A stretch of DNA of 64,000 nucleotides from Tubulanus polymorphus (Eukaryota; Animalia; Nemertea). The stretch is taken from positions 6,905,681 to 6,969,680 of the forward strand of contig NC_134036.1 of NCBI RefSeq assembly GCF_964204645.1, in the 5' to 3' direction. The position numbers and the translations under genes are program-made. This document shows, piece by piece, positions 1 through 11,300 of the stretch. The notes under the pieces are model-generated. The model made no database searches and was not told the DNA's origin. It saw nothing but the letters and a program-made list of their open reading frames with translations. Position 1 is the first letter of the stretch, and the number at the start of each line of letters is the position of its first letter.

Positions 1-140
1 GAGGGAGGCAGTAGGTCGGTCGTCCGTCCGGTCGTCAGTGTGCCGGCGGTGGTTGTTCGAAAAACGACTAAGTGCTGACCAGGCCATGATCAGCGTTACG
101 ACCCGGTGCAGTGAGGGAGGGAGGGAGGCACTAGGACAGT

Positions 141-3100
141 CGTCCGCCCGTTAGTCAGTGTGTCGGCGGTTGTTGTTCGAAAAACGACTAAGTGCTGACC
201 GGGCCATGAACAGCGTTACGACCCGGCACCGGTCAGGAAGGGAGGGAGGGTGGCAGTAGGTCGGTCGTCCGTCCGTTCGTCAGTGTGCCGGCGGTGGTTG
301 TTCGAAAAACGACTAAGTGCTGACCGGGCCTTGATCAGCGTTACGACCCGGAGCAGTGAGGGAGGGAGGGTGGCAGTAGGTCGGTCGTCCGTTCGTTCGT
401 CAGTGTGCCGGCGGTGGTAGTTCGAAAAACGACTAAGTGCTGACCGGGCCTTGATCAGCGTTACGACCCGGTGCAGTGAGGGAGGGAGGGAGGGAGGCAG
501 TAGGTCGGTCGTCCATCCGTTCGTCAGTGTGCCGGCGGTGGTTGTTCGAAAAACGACTAAGTGCTGACCGGGCCATGATCAGCGTTACGACCCGGTGCAG
601 TGAGGGAGGTAGGGAGGCACTAGGACAGTCGTCCGCCCGTTAGTCAGTGTGACTAAGTGCTGACCGGGCCTTGATCAGCGTTACGACCCGGTGCAGTGAG
701 GGAGGGAGGGAGGCAGTTGGTCGGTCGTCCGTCCGTTCGTCAGTGTGCCGGCAGAGTTGGTTGTTCGAAAAACGACTAAGTGCTGACCGGGCCTTGATCA
801 GCGTTACGACCCGGTGCAGTGAGGGAGGGAGGGAGGGAGGCAGTAGGTCGGTCGTCCATCCGTTCGTCAGTGTGCCGGCGGTGGTAGTTCGAAAAACGAC
901 TAAGTGCTGACCGGGCCTTGATCAGCGTTACGACCCGGTGCAGTGAGGGAGGGAGGGAGGGAGGCAGTAGGTCGGTCGTCCATCCGTTCGTCAGTGTGCC
1001 GGCGGTGGTAGTTCGAAAAACGACTAAGTGCTGACCGGGCCTTGATCAGCGTTACGACCCGGTGCAGTGAGGGAGGGAGGGAGGGAGGGAGGCAGTAGGT
1101 CGGTCGTCCACCCGTTCGTCAGTGTGCCGGCGGTGGTAGTTCGAAAAACGACTAAGTGCTGACCGGGCCTAGATCAGCGTTACGACCCGGTGCAGTGAGG
1201 GAGGGAGGGAGGCAGTAGGTCGATCGTCCGTCCGGTCGTCAGTGTGCCGGCGGTGGTTGTTCGAAAAACGACTAAGTGCTGACCGAGCCATGATCAGCGT
1301 TACGACCCGGTGCAGTGAGGGAGGGAGGGAGGGAGGCAGTAGGTCGGTCGTCCATCCGTTCGTCAGTGTGCCGGCGGTGGTAGTTCGAAAAACGACTAAG
1401 TGCTGACCGGGCCTTGATCAGCGTTACGACCCGGTGCAGTGAGGGAGGGAGGGAGGGAGGCAGTAGGTCGGTCGTCCATCCGTTCGTCAGTGTGCCGGCG
1501 GTGGTAGTTCGAAAAACGACTAAGTGCTGACCGGGCCTTGATCAGCGTTACGACCCGGTGCAGTGAGGGAGGGAGGGAGGGAGGCAGTAGGTCGGTCGTC
1601 CACCCGTTCGTCAGAGTGCCGGCGGTGGTAGTTCGAAAAACGACTAAGTGCTGACCGGGCCTAGATCAGCGTTACGACCCGGTGCAGTGAGGGAGGGAGG
1701 GAGGCAGTAGGTCGATCGTCCGTCCGGTCGTCAGTGTGCCGGCGGTGGTTGTTCGAAAAACGACTAAGTGCTGACCGAGCAATGATCAGCGTTACGACCC
1801 GGTGCAGTGAGGGAGGGAGGGAGGCACTAGGACAGTCGTCCGCCCGTTAGTCAGTGTGTCGGCGGTTGTTGTTCGAAAAACGACTAAGTGCTGACCGGGC
1901 CATGAACAGCGTTACGACCCGGCACCGGTCAGGAAGGGAGGGAGGGTGGCAGTAGGTCGGTCGTCCGTTCGTTCGTCAGTGTGCCGGCGGTGGTTGTTCG
2001 AAAAACGACTAAGTGCTGACCGGGCCTTGATCAGCGTTACGACCCGGTGCTGTGAGGGAGGGAGGGAGGAAGGGAGGCAGTAGATCGGTCGTCCATCCGT
2101 TCGTCAGTGTGCCGGTGGTGGTTGTTCGAAAAACGACTAAGTGCTGACCGGGCCTTGATCAGCGTTACGACCCGGCGCAGTGAGGGAGGGAGGGAGGGAG
2201 GCAGTAGGTCGGTCGTCCATCCGTTCGTCAGTGTGTCGGCGGTGGTTGTTCGAAAAACGACTAAGTGCTGACCGGGCCTTGATCAGCGTTACGACCCGGA
2301 GCATTGAGGGAGGGAGGGAGGCAGTAGGTCGGTCGTCCGTCCGTTTGTCAGTGTGCCGGCAGTGATGGTTGTTCGAAAAACGACTAAGGGCTGACCGGGC
2401 CTTAATCAGCGTTACGACCCGGCGCTGGTCAAGGATGGAGGGAGGGAGGGAGGCAGTAGGTCCGTCGTCCGCCCGTTAGTCAGTGTGTCGGCGGTTGTTG
2501 TTCGAAAAACGACTAAGTGCTGACCGGGCCATGAACAGCGTTACGACCCGGCACCGGTCAGGAAGGGAGGGAGGGTGGCAGTAGGTCGGTCGTCCGTCCG
2601 TTCGTCAGTGTGCCGGCGGTGGTTGTTCGAAAAACGACTAAGTGCTGACCGGGCCTTGATCAGCGTTACGACCCGGAGCAGTGAGGGAGGGAGGGTGGCA
2701 GTAGGTCGGTCGTCCGTTCGTTCGTCAGTGTGCCGGCGGTGGTAGTTCGAAAAACGACTAAGTGCTGACCGGGCCTTGATCAGCGTTACGACCCGGTGCA
2801 GTGAGGGAGGGAGGGAGGGAGGCAGTAGGTCGGTCGTCCATCCGTTCGTCAGTGTGCCGGCGGTGGTTGTTCGAAAAACGACTAAGTGCTGACCGGGCCA
2901 TGATCAGCGTTACGACCCGGTGCAGTGAGGGAGGTAGGGAGGCACTAGGACAGTCGTCCGCCCGTTAGTCAGTGTGACTAAGTGCTGACCGGGCCTTGAT
3001 CAGCGTTACGACCCGGTGCAGTGAGGGAGGGAGGGAGGCAGTTGGTCGGTCGTCCGTCCGTTCGTCAGTGTGCCGGCAGAGTTGGTTGTTCGAAAAACGA

Positions 3101-4790
3101 CTAAGTGCTGACCGGGCCTTGATCAGCGTTACGACCCGGTGCAGTGAGGGAGGGAGGGAGGGAGGCAGTAGGTCGGTCGTCCATCCGTTCGTCAGTGTGC
3201 CGGCGGTGGTAGTTCGAAAAACGACTAAGTGCTGACCGGGCCTTGATCAGCGTTACGACCCGGTGCAGTGAGGGAGGGAGGGAGGGAGGCAGTAGGTCGG
3301 TCGTCCATCCGTTCGTCAGTGTGCCGGCGGTGGTAGTTCGAAAAACGACTAAGTGCTGACCGGGCCTTGATCAGCGTTACGACCCGGTGCAGTGAGGGAG
3401 GGAGGGAGGGAGGCAGTAGGTCGGTCGTCCACCCGTTCGTCAGTGTGCCGGCGGTGGTAGTTCGAAAAACGACTAAGTGCTGACCGGGCCTAGATCAGCG
3501 TTACGACCCGGTGCAGTGAGGGAGGGAGGGAGGCAGTAGGTCGATCGTCCGTCCGGTCGTCAGTGTGCCGGCGGTGGTTGTTCGAAAAACGACTAAGTGC
3601 TGACCGAGCCATGATCAGCGTTACGACCCGGTGCAGTGAGGGAGGGAGGGAGGGAGGCAGTAGGTCGGTCGTCCATCCGTTCGTCAGTGTGCCGGCGGTG
3701 GTAGTTCGAAAAACGACTAAGTGCTGACCGGGCCTTGATCAGCGTTACGACCCGGTGCAGTGAGGGAGGGAGGGAGGGAGGCAGTAGGTCGGTCGTCCAT
3801 CCGTTCGTCAGTGTGCCGGCGGTGGTAGTTCGAAAAACGACTAAGTGCTGACCGGGCCTTGATCAGCGTTACGACCCGGTGCAGTGAGGGAGGGAGGGAG
3901 GGAGGCAGTAGGTCGGTCGTCCACCCGTTCGTCAGTGTGCCGGCGGTGGTAGTTCGAAAAACGACTAAGTGCTGACCGGGCCTAGATCAGCGTTACGACC
4001 CGGTGCAGTGAGGGAGGGAGGGAGGCAGTAGGTCGATCGTCCGTCCGGTCGTCAGTGTGCCGGCGGTGGTTGTTCGAAAAACGACTAAGTGCTGACCGAG
4101 CAATGATCAGCGTTACGACCCGGTGCAGTGAGGGAGGGAGGGAGGCACTAGGACAGTCGTCCGCCCGTTAGTCAGTGTGTCGGCGGTTGTTGTTCGAAAA
4201 ACGACTAAGTGCTGACCGGGCCATGAACAGCGTTACGACCCGGCACCGGTCAGGAAGGGAGGGAGGGTGGCAGTAGGTCGGTCGTCCGTTCGTTCGTCAG
4301 TGTGCCGGCGGTGGTTGTTCGAAAAACGACTAAGTGCTGACCGGGCCTTGATCAGCGTTACGACCCGGTGCTGTGAGGGAGGGAGGGAGGAAGGGAGGCA
4401 GTAGATCGGTCGTCCATCCGTTCGTCAGTGTGCCGGTGGTGGTTGTTCGAAAAACGACTAAGTGCTGACCGGGCCTTGATCAGCGTTACGACCCGGCGCA
4501 GTGAGGGAGGGAGGGAGGGAGGCAGTAGGTCGGTCGTCCATCCGTTCGTCAGTGTGTCGGCGGTGGTTGTTCGAAAAACGACTAAGTGCTGACCGGGCCT
4601 TGATCAGCGTTACGACCCGGAGCATTGAGGGAGGGAGGGAGGCAGTAGGTCGGTCGTCCGTCCGTTTGTCAGTGTGCCGGCAGTGATGGTTGTTCGAAAA
4701 ACGACTAAGGGCTGACCGGGCCTTAATCAGCGTTACGACCCGGCGCTGGTCAAGGATGGAGGGAGGGAGGGAGGCAGTAGGTCCGTCGTC
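141..4790 (+). repeat. Tandem duplication of a ~2.32-kb (~19-monomer) block
   Basis: Identical ORF-track peptides at 671/2996 (offset 2325) and 2180/4501 (offset 2321). Both copies carry the 24-bp deletion monomer (junctions 650/651 and 2975/2976) and GGTCAAGGATGG (~2427, ~4748). The 4-bp offset change is one GGGA unit. Confidence 0.9.
1070..1092 (+). repeat. (GGGA)n polypurine microsatellite embedded in each monomer (example with n=5; typically n=3-5); G-quadruplex/triplex-prone motif
   Basis: AGGGAGGGAGGGAGGGAGGGAGG read directly. Tracts with at least four G3 runs and 1-nt loops match the canonical G3N1-7 G4 pattern. Actual folding is not shown by the sequence. Confidence 0.8.
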
Positions 4791-7700
4791 CGCCCGTTAG
4801 TCAGTGTGTCGGCGGTTGTTGTTCGAAAAACGACTAAGTGCTGACCGGGCCATGAACAGCGTTACGACCCGGCACCGGTCAGGAAGGGAGGGAGGGTGGC
4901 AGTAGGTCGGTCGTCCGTTCGTTCGTCAGTGTGCCGGCGGTGGTAGTTCGAAAAACGACTAAGTGCTGACCGGGCCTTGATCAGCGTTACGACCCGGTGC
5001 AGTGAGGGAGGGAGGGAGGGAGGCAGTAGGTCGGTCGTCCATCCGTACGTCAGTGTGCCGGCGGTGGTAGTTCGAAAAACGACTAAGTGCTGACCGGGCC
5101 TTGATCAGCGTTACGACCCGGCACCGGTCAGGGAGGGAGGGAGGGAGGCAGTAGGTCGGTCGTCCGTCCGTTCGTCATTGTGCCGGCGGTATTAGTTCGA
5201 AAAATGACTAAGTGCTGACCGGGCCTTGATCAGCGTTACGACCCGGAGCATTGAGGGAGGGAGGGAGGCAGTAGGTCGGTCGTCCGTCCATTTGTCAGTG
5301 TGCCGGCAGTGATGGTTGTTCGAAAAATGACTAAGGGCTGACCGGGCCTTGATCAGCGTTGCGACCCGGCGCTGGTCAGGGCGGGAGGGAGGGAGGCAGT
5401 AGGTCGGTCGTCCATCCGTTCGTCAGTGTGCCGGCGGTGGTAGTTCGAAAAACGACTAAGTGCTGACCGGGCCTAGGTCAGCGTTACGACCCGGTGCAGT
5501 GAGGGAGGGAGGGAGGCAGTAGGTCGGTCGTCCGTCCGGTCGTCAGTGTGCCGGCGGTGGTTGTTCGAAAAACGACTAAGTGCTGACCGGGCCATGATCA
5601 GCGTTACGACCCGGTGCAGTGAGGGAGGGAGGGAGGCACTAGGACAGTCGTCCACCCGTTAGTCAGTGTGTCGGCGGTTGTTGTTCGAAAAACGACTAAG
5701 TGCTGACCGGGCCTTAATCAGCGTTACGACCCGGCACCGGTCAGGGAGGGAGGGAGGGAGGCAGTAGGTCGGTCGTCCGTCCGTTCGTCAGTGTGCCGGC
5801 GGTGGTTGTTCGAAAAACGACTAAGTGCTGACCGGGCCTTGATCAGCGTTACGAACCGGAGCAGTGAGGGAGGGAGGGAGGCAGTAGGTCGGTCGTCCGT
5901 CCGTTCGCCAGTGTGCCGGCGGTGGTTGTTCGAAAAACGACTAAGTGCTGACCGGGCCTTGATCAGCGTTACGACCCGGCGCAGTGAGGGAGGGAGGGAG
6001 GGAGGCAGTAGGTCGGTCGTCCATCCGTTCGTCAGTGTGTCGGCGGTGGTTGTTCGAAAAACGACTAAGTGCTGACCGGGCCATGATCAGCGTTACGACC
6101 CGGAGCATTGAGGGAGGGAGGGAGGCAGTAGGTCGGTCGTCCGTCCGTTTGTCAGTGTGCCGGCAGTGATGGTTGTTCGAAAAACGACTAAGGGCTGACC
6201 GGGCCTTAATCAGCGTTACGACCCGGCGCTGGTCAAGAAGGGAGGGAGGGAGGGAGGCAGTAGGTCCGTCGTCCGCCCGTTAGTCAGTGTGTCGGCGGTT
6301 GTTGTTCGAAAAACGACTAAGTGCTGACCGGGCCATGAACAGCGTTACGAACCGGCACCGGTCAGGAAGGGAGGGAGGGTGGCAGTAGGTCGGTCGTCCG
6401 TTCGTTCGTCAGTGTGCCGGCGGTGGTAGTTCGAAAAACGACTTAGTGCTGACCGGGCCTTGATCAGCGTTACGACCCGGTGCAGTGAGGGAGGGAGGGA
6501 GGGAGGCAGTAGGTCGGTCGTCCATCCGTTCGTCAGTGTGCCGGCGGTGGTAGTTCGAAAAACGACTAAGTGCTGACCGGGCCTTGATCAGCGTTACGAC
6601 CCGGCACCGGTCAGGGAGGGAGGGAGGGAGGCAGTAGGTCGGTCGTCCGTCCGTTCGTCATTGTGCCGGCGGTGGTAGTTCGAAAAATGACTAAGTGCTG
6701 ACCGGGCCTTGATCAGCGTTACGACCCGGAGCATTGAGGGAGGGAGGGAGGCAGTAGGTCGGTCGTCCGTCCGTTTGTCAGTGTGCCGGCGGTGGTTGTT
6801 CGAAAAACGACTAAGTGCTGACCGGGCCATGATCAGCGTTACGACCCGGTGCAGTGAGGGAGGGAGGGAGGCACTAGGACAGTCGTCCGCCCGTTAGTCA
6901 GTGTGTCGGCGGTTGTTGTTCGAAAAACGACTAAGTGCTGACCGGGCCATGAACAGCGTTACGACCCGGCACCGGTCAGGAAGGGAGGGAGGGTGGCAGT
7001 AGGTCGGTCGTCCGTCCGTTCGTCAGTGTGCCGGCGGTGGTAGTTCGAAAAACGACTAAGTGCTGACCGGGCCTTAATCAGCGTTACGACCCGGCACCGG
7101 TCAGGGAGGGAGGGAGGGAGGCAGTAGGTCGGTCGTCCGTCCGTTCGTCAGTGTGCCGGCGGTGGTTGTTCGAAAAACGACTAAGTGCTGACCGGGCCTT
7201 GATCAGCGTTACGACCCGGAGCAGTGAGGGAGGGAGGGAGGCAGAAGGTCGGTCGTCCGTCCGTTCACCAGTGTGCCGGCGGTGGTTGTTCGAAAAACGA
7301 CTAAGTGCTGACCGGGCCTTGATCAGCGTTACGACCCGGAGCATTGAGGGAGGGAGGGAGGCAGTAGGTCGGTCGTCCGTCCGTTTGTCAGTGTGCCGGC
7401 AGTGATGGTTGTTCGAAAAACGACTAAGGGCTGACCGGGCCTTAATCAGCGTTACGACCCGGCGCTGGTCAGGGAGGGAGGGAGGGAGGCAGTAGGTCGG
7501 TCGTCCATCCGTTCGTTAGTGTGCCGGCGGTGGTAGTTCGAAAAACGACTAAGTGCTGACCGGGCCTTGATCAGCGTTACGACCCGGTGCAGTGAGGGAG
7601 GGAGGGAGGCAGTAGGTCGGTCGTCCGTCCGTTCGTCAGTGTGCCGGCGGTGGTTGTTCGAAAAACGACTAAGTGCTGACCGGGCCTTGATCAGCGTTAC

Positions 7701-8399
7701 GACCCGGTGCAGTGAGGGAGGGAGGGAGGCAGTAGGTCGGTCGTCCGTCCGGTCGTCAGTGTGCCGGCGGTGGTTGTTCGAAAAACGACTAAGTGCTGAC
7801 CAGGCCATGATCAGCGTTACGACCCGGTGCAGTGAGGGAGGGAGGGAGGCACTAGGACAGTCGTCCGCCCGTTAGTCAGTGTGTCGGCGGTTGTTGTTCG
7901 AAAAACGACTAAGTGCTGACCGGGCCATGAACAGCGTTACGACCCGGCACCGGTCAGGAAGGGAGGGAGGGAGGCAGTAGGTCGGTCGTCCATCCGTTCG
8001 TCAGTGTGCCGGCGGTGGTAGTTCGAAAAACGACTAAGTGCTGACCGGGCCTAGATCAGCGTTACGACCCGGTGCAGTGAGGGAGGGAGAGAGGCAGTAG
8101 GTCGGTCGTCCGTCCGGTCGTCAGTGTGCCGGCGGTGGTTGTTCGAAAAACGACTAAGTGCTGACCGGGCCTTGATCAGCGTTACGACCCGGAGCAGTGA
8201 GGGAGGGAGGGAGGCAGTAGGTCGGTCGTCCGTCTGTTCGCCAGTGTGCCGCTGGTGGTTGTTCGAAAAACGACTAAGTGCTGACCGGGCCTTGATCAGC
8301 GTTACGACCCGGTGCAGTGAGGGAGGGAGGGAGGCAGTAGGTCGGTCGTCCGTCCGTTCGTCAGTTTGCCGGCAGAGTTGGTTGTTCGAAAAACGACTA

Positions 8400-11300
8400 A
8401 GTGCTGACCGGGCCTTGATCAGCGTTACGACCCGGTGCAGTGAGGGAGGGAGGGAGGGAGGCAGTAGGTCGGTCGTCCATCCGTTCGTCAGTGTGCCGGC
8501 GGTGGTAGTTCGAAAAACGACTAAGTGCTGACCGGGCCTTGATCAGCGTTACGACCCGGTGCAGTGAGGGAGGGAGGGAGGGAGGGAGGCAGTAGGTCGG
8601 TCGTCCATCCGTTCGTCAGTGTGCCAGCGGTGGTAGTTCGAAAAACGACTAAGTGCTGACCGGGCCTTGATCAGCGTTACGACCCGGTGCAGTGAGGGAG
8701 GGAGGGAGGGAGGCAGTAGGTCGGTCGTCCACCCGTTCGTCAGTGTGCCGGCGGTGGTAGTTCGAAAAAAGACTAAGTGCTGACCGGGCCTAGATCAGCG
8801 TTACGACCCGGTGCAGTGAGGGAGGGAGGGAGGGAGGGAGGCAGTAGGTCGGTCGTCCGTCCGGTCGTCAGTGTGCCGGCGGTGGTTGTTCGAAAAACGA
8901 CTAAGTGCTGACCGAGCCATGATCAGCGTTACGACCCGGTGCAGTGAGGGAGGGAGGGAGGCACTAGGACAGTCGTCCGCCCGTTAGTCAGTGTGTCGGC
9001 GGTTGTTGTTCGAAAAACGACTAAGTGCTGACCGGGCCATGAACAGCGTTACGACCCGGCACCGGTCAGGAAGGGAGGGAGGGTGGCAGTAGGTCGGTCG
9101 TCCGTTCGTTCGTCAGTGTGCCGGCGGTGGTTGTTCGAAAAACGACTAAGTGCTGACCGGGCCTTGATCAGCGTTACGACCCGGTGCTGTGAGGGAGGGA
9201 GGGAGGGTGGGAGGCAGTAGATCGGTCGTCCATCCGTTCGTCAGTGTGCCGGCGGTGGTTGTTCGAAAAACGACTAAGTGCTGACCGGGCCTTGATCAGC
9301 GTTACGACCCGGCGCAGTGAGGGAGGGAGGGAGGGAGGCAGTAGGTCGGTCGTCCATCCGTTCGTCAGTGTGTCGGCGGTGGTTGTTCGAAAAACGACTA
9401 AGTGCTGACCGGGCCTTGATCAGCGTTACGACCCGGAGCATTGAGGGAGGGAGGGAGGCAGTAGGTCGGTCGTCCGTCCGTTTGTCAGTGTGCCGGCAGT
9501 GATGGTTGTTCGAAAAACGACTAAGGGCTGACCGGGCCTTAATCAGCGTTACGACCCGGCGCTGGTCAAGGAGGGAGGGAGGGAGGGAGGCAGTAGGTCC
9601 GTCGTCCGCCCGTTAGTCAGTGTGTCGGCGGTTGTTGTTCGAAAAACGACTAAGTGCTGACCGGGCCATGAACAGCGTTACGACCCGGCACCGGTCAGGA
9701 AGGGAGGGAGGGTGGCAGTAGGTCGGTCGTCCGTTCGTTCGTCAGTGTGCCGGCGGTGGTAGTTCGAAAAACGACTAAGTGCTGACCGGGCCTTGATCAG
9801 CGTTACGACCCGGTGCAGTGAGGGAGGGAGGGAGGGAGGCAGTAGGTCGGTCGTCCATCCGTTCGTCAGTGTGCCGGCGGTGGTAGTTCGAAAAACGACT
9901 AAGTGCTGACCGGGCCTTGATCAGCGTTACGACCCGGCACCGGTCAGGGAGGGAGGGAGGGAGGCAGTAGGTCGGTCGTCCGTCCGTTCGTCATTGTGCC
10001 GGCGGTGGTAGTTCGAAAAACGACTAAGTGCTGACCGGGCCTTGATCAGCGTTACGACCCGGAGCATTGAGGGAGGGAGGGAGGCAGTAGGTCGGTCGTC
10101 CGTCCGTTCGTCAGTGTGCCGGCGGTGGTAGTTCGAAAAACGACTAAGTGCTGACCGGGCCTAGGTCAGCGTTACGACCCGGTGCAGTGAGGGAGGGAGG
10201 GAGGCAGTAGGTCGGTCGTCCGTCCGGTCGTCAGTGTGCCGGCGGTGGTTGTTCGAAAAACGACTAAGTGCTGACCGGGCCATGATCAGCGTTACGACCC
10301 GGTGCAGTGAGGGAGGGAGGGAGGCACTAGGACAGTCGTCCGCCCGTTAGTCAGTGTGTCGGCGGTTGTTGTTCGAAAAACGACTAAGTGCTGACCGGGC
10401 CTTGATCAGCGTTACGACCCGGAGCAGTGAGGGAGGGAGGGAGGCAGTAGGTCGGTCGTCCGTCCGTTCGCCAGTGTGCCGGCGGTGGTTGTTCGAAAAA
10501 CGACTAAGTGCTGACCGGGCCTTGATCAGCGTTACGACCCGGAGCATTGAGGGAGGGAGGGAGGCAGTAGGTCGGTCGTCCGTCCGTTTGTCAGTGTGCC
10601 GGCAGTGATGGTTGTTCGAAAAACGACTAAGTGCTGACCGGGCCTTGATCAGCGTTACGACCCGGAGCATTGAGGGAGGGAGGGAGGCAGTAGGTCGGTC
10701 GTCCGTCCGTTTGTCAGTGTGCCGGCAGTGATGGTTGTTCGAAAAACGACTAAGGGCTGACCGGGCCTTAATCAGCGTTACGACCCGGCACCGGTCAGGG
10801 AGGGAGGGAGGGAGGCAGTAGGTCGGTCGTCCGTCCGTTCGTCAGTGTGCCGGCGGTGGTTGTTCGAAAAACGACTAAGTGCTGACCGGGCCTTGATCAG
10901 CGTTACGACCCGGAGCAGTGAGGGAGGGAGGGAGGCAGTAGGTCGGTCGTCCGTCCGTTCGCCAGTGTGCCGGCGGTGGTTGTTCGAAAAACGACTAAGT
11001 GCTGACCGGGCCTTGATCAGCGTTACGACCCGGAGCAGTGAGGGAGGGAGGGAGGCAGTAGGTCGGTCGTCCGTCCGTTCGCCAGTGTGCCGGCGGTGGT
11101 TGTTCGAAAAACGACTAAGTGCTGACCGGGCCTTGATCAGCGTTACGACCCGGAGCATTGAGGGAGGGAGGGAGGCAGTAGGTCGGTCGTCCGTCCGTTC
11201 GTCAGTGTGCCGGCGGTGGTTGTTCGAAAAACGACTAAGTGCTGACCGGGCCATGAACAGCGTTACGACCCGGCACCGGTCAGGAAGGGAGGGAGGGAGG

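Noticed and set aside
31-66. Hammerhead ribozyme, as known from some animal satellites (minus strand has CTGACGA = CUGANGA; plus strand has CGAAA)
   Set aside because: The two core motifs are on opposite strands. On the minus strand CUGACGA is not followed by a stem II and GAAA (consensus reads CGAAC). On the plus strand CTGACCG does not fit CUGANGA. An Infernal search would be definitive.
56-72. CENP-B box (NTTCGNNNNANNCGGGN)
   Set aside because: GTTCGAAAAACGACTAA matches TTCG....A but lacks the CGGG. The other TTCG sites checked on both strands also fail.
1-120. 5S rRNA or tRNA gene tandem array (~120-nt unit)
   Set aside because: There is no recognisable 5S sequence, no separate spacer, no plus-strand T-run terminator and no cloverleaf.
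113-128. Telomeric repeat, or Shine-Dalgarno motif (GGAGG)
   Set aside because: (GGGA)3-5 is a short internal tract of the monomer, not a terminal telomere array. The GGAGG match is incidental and precedes no credible gene.
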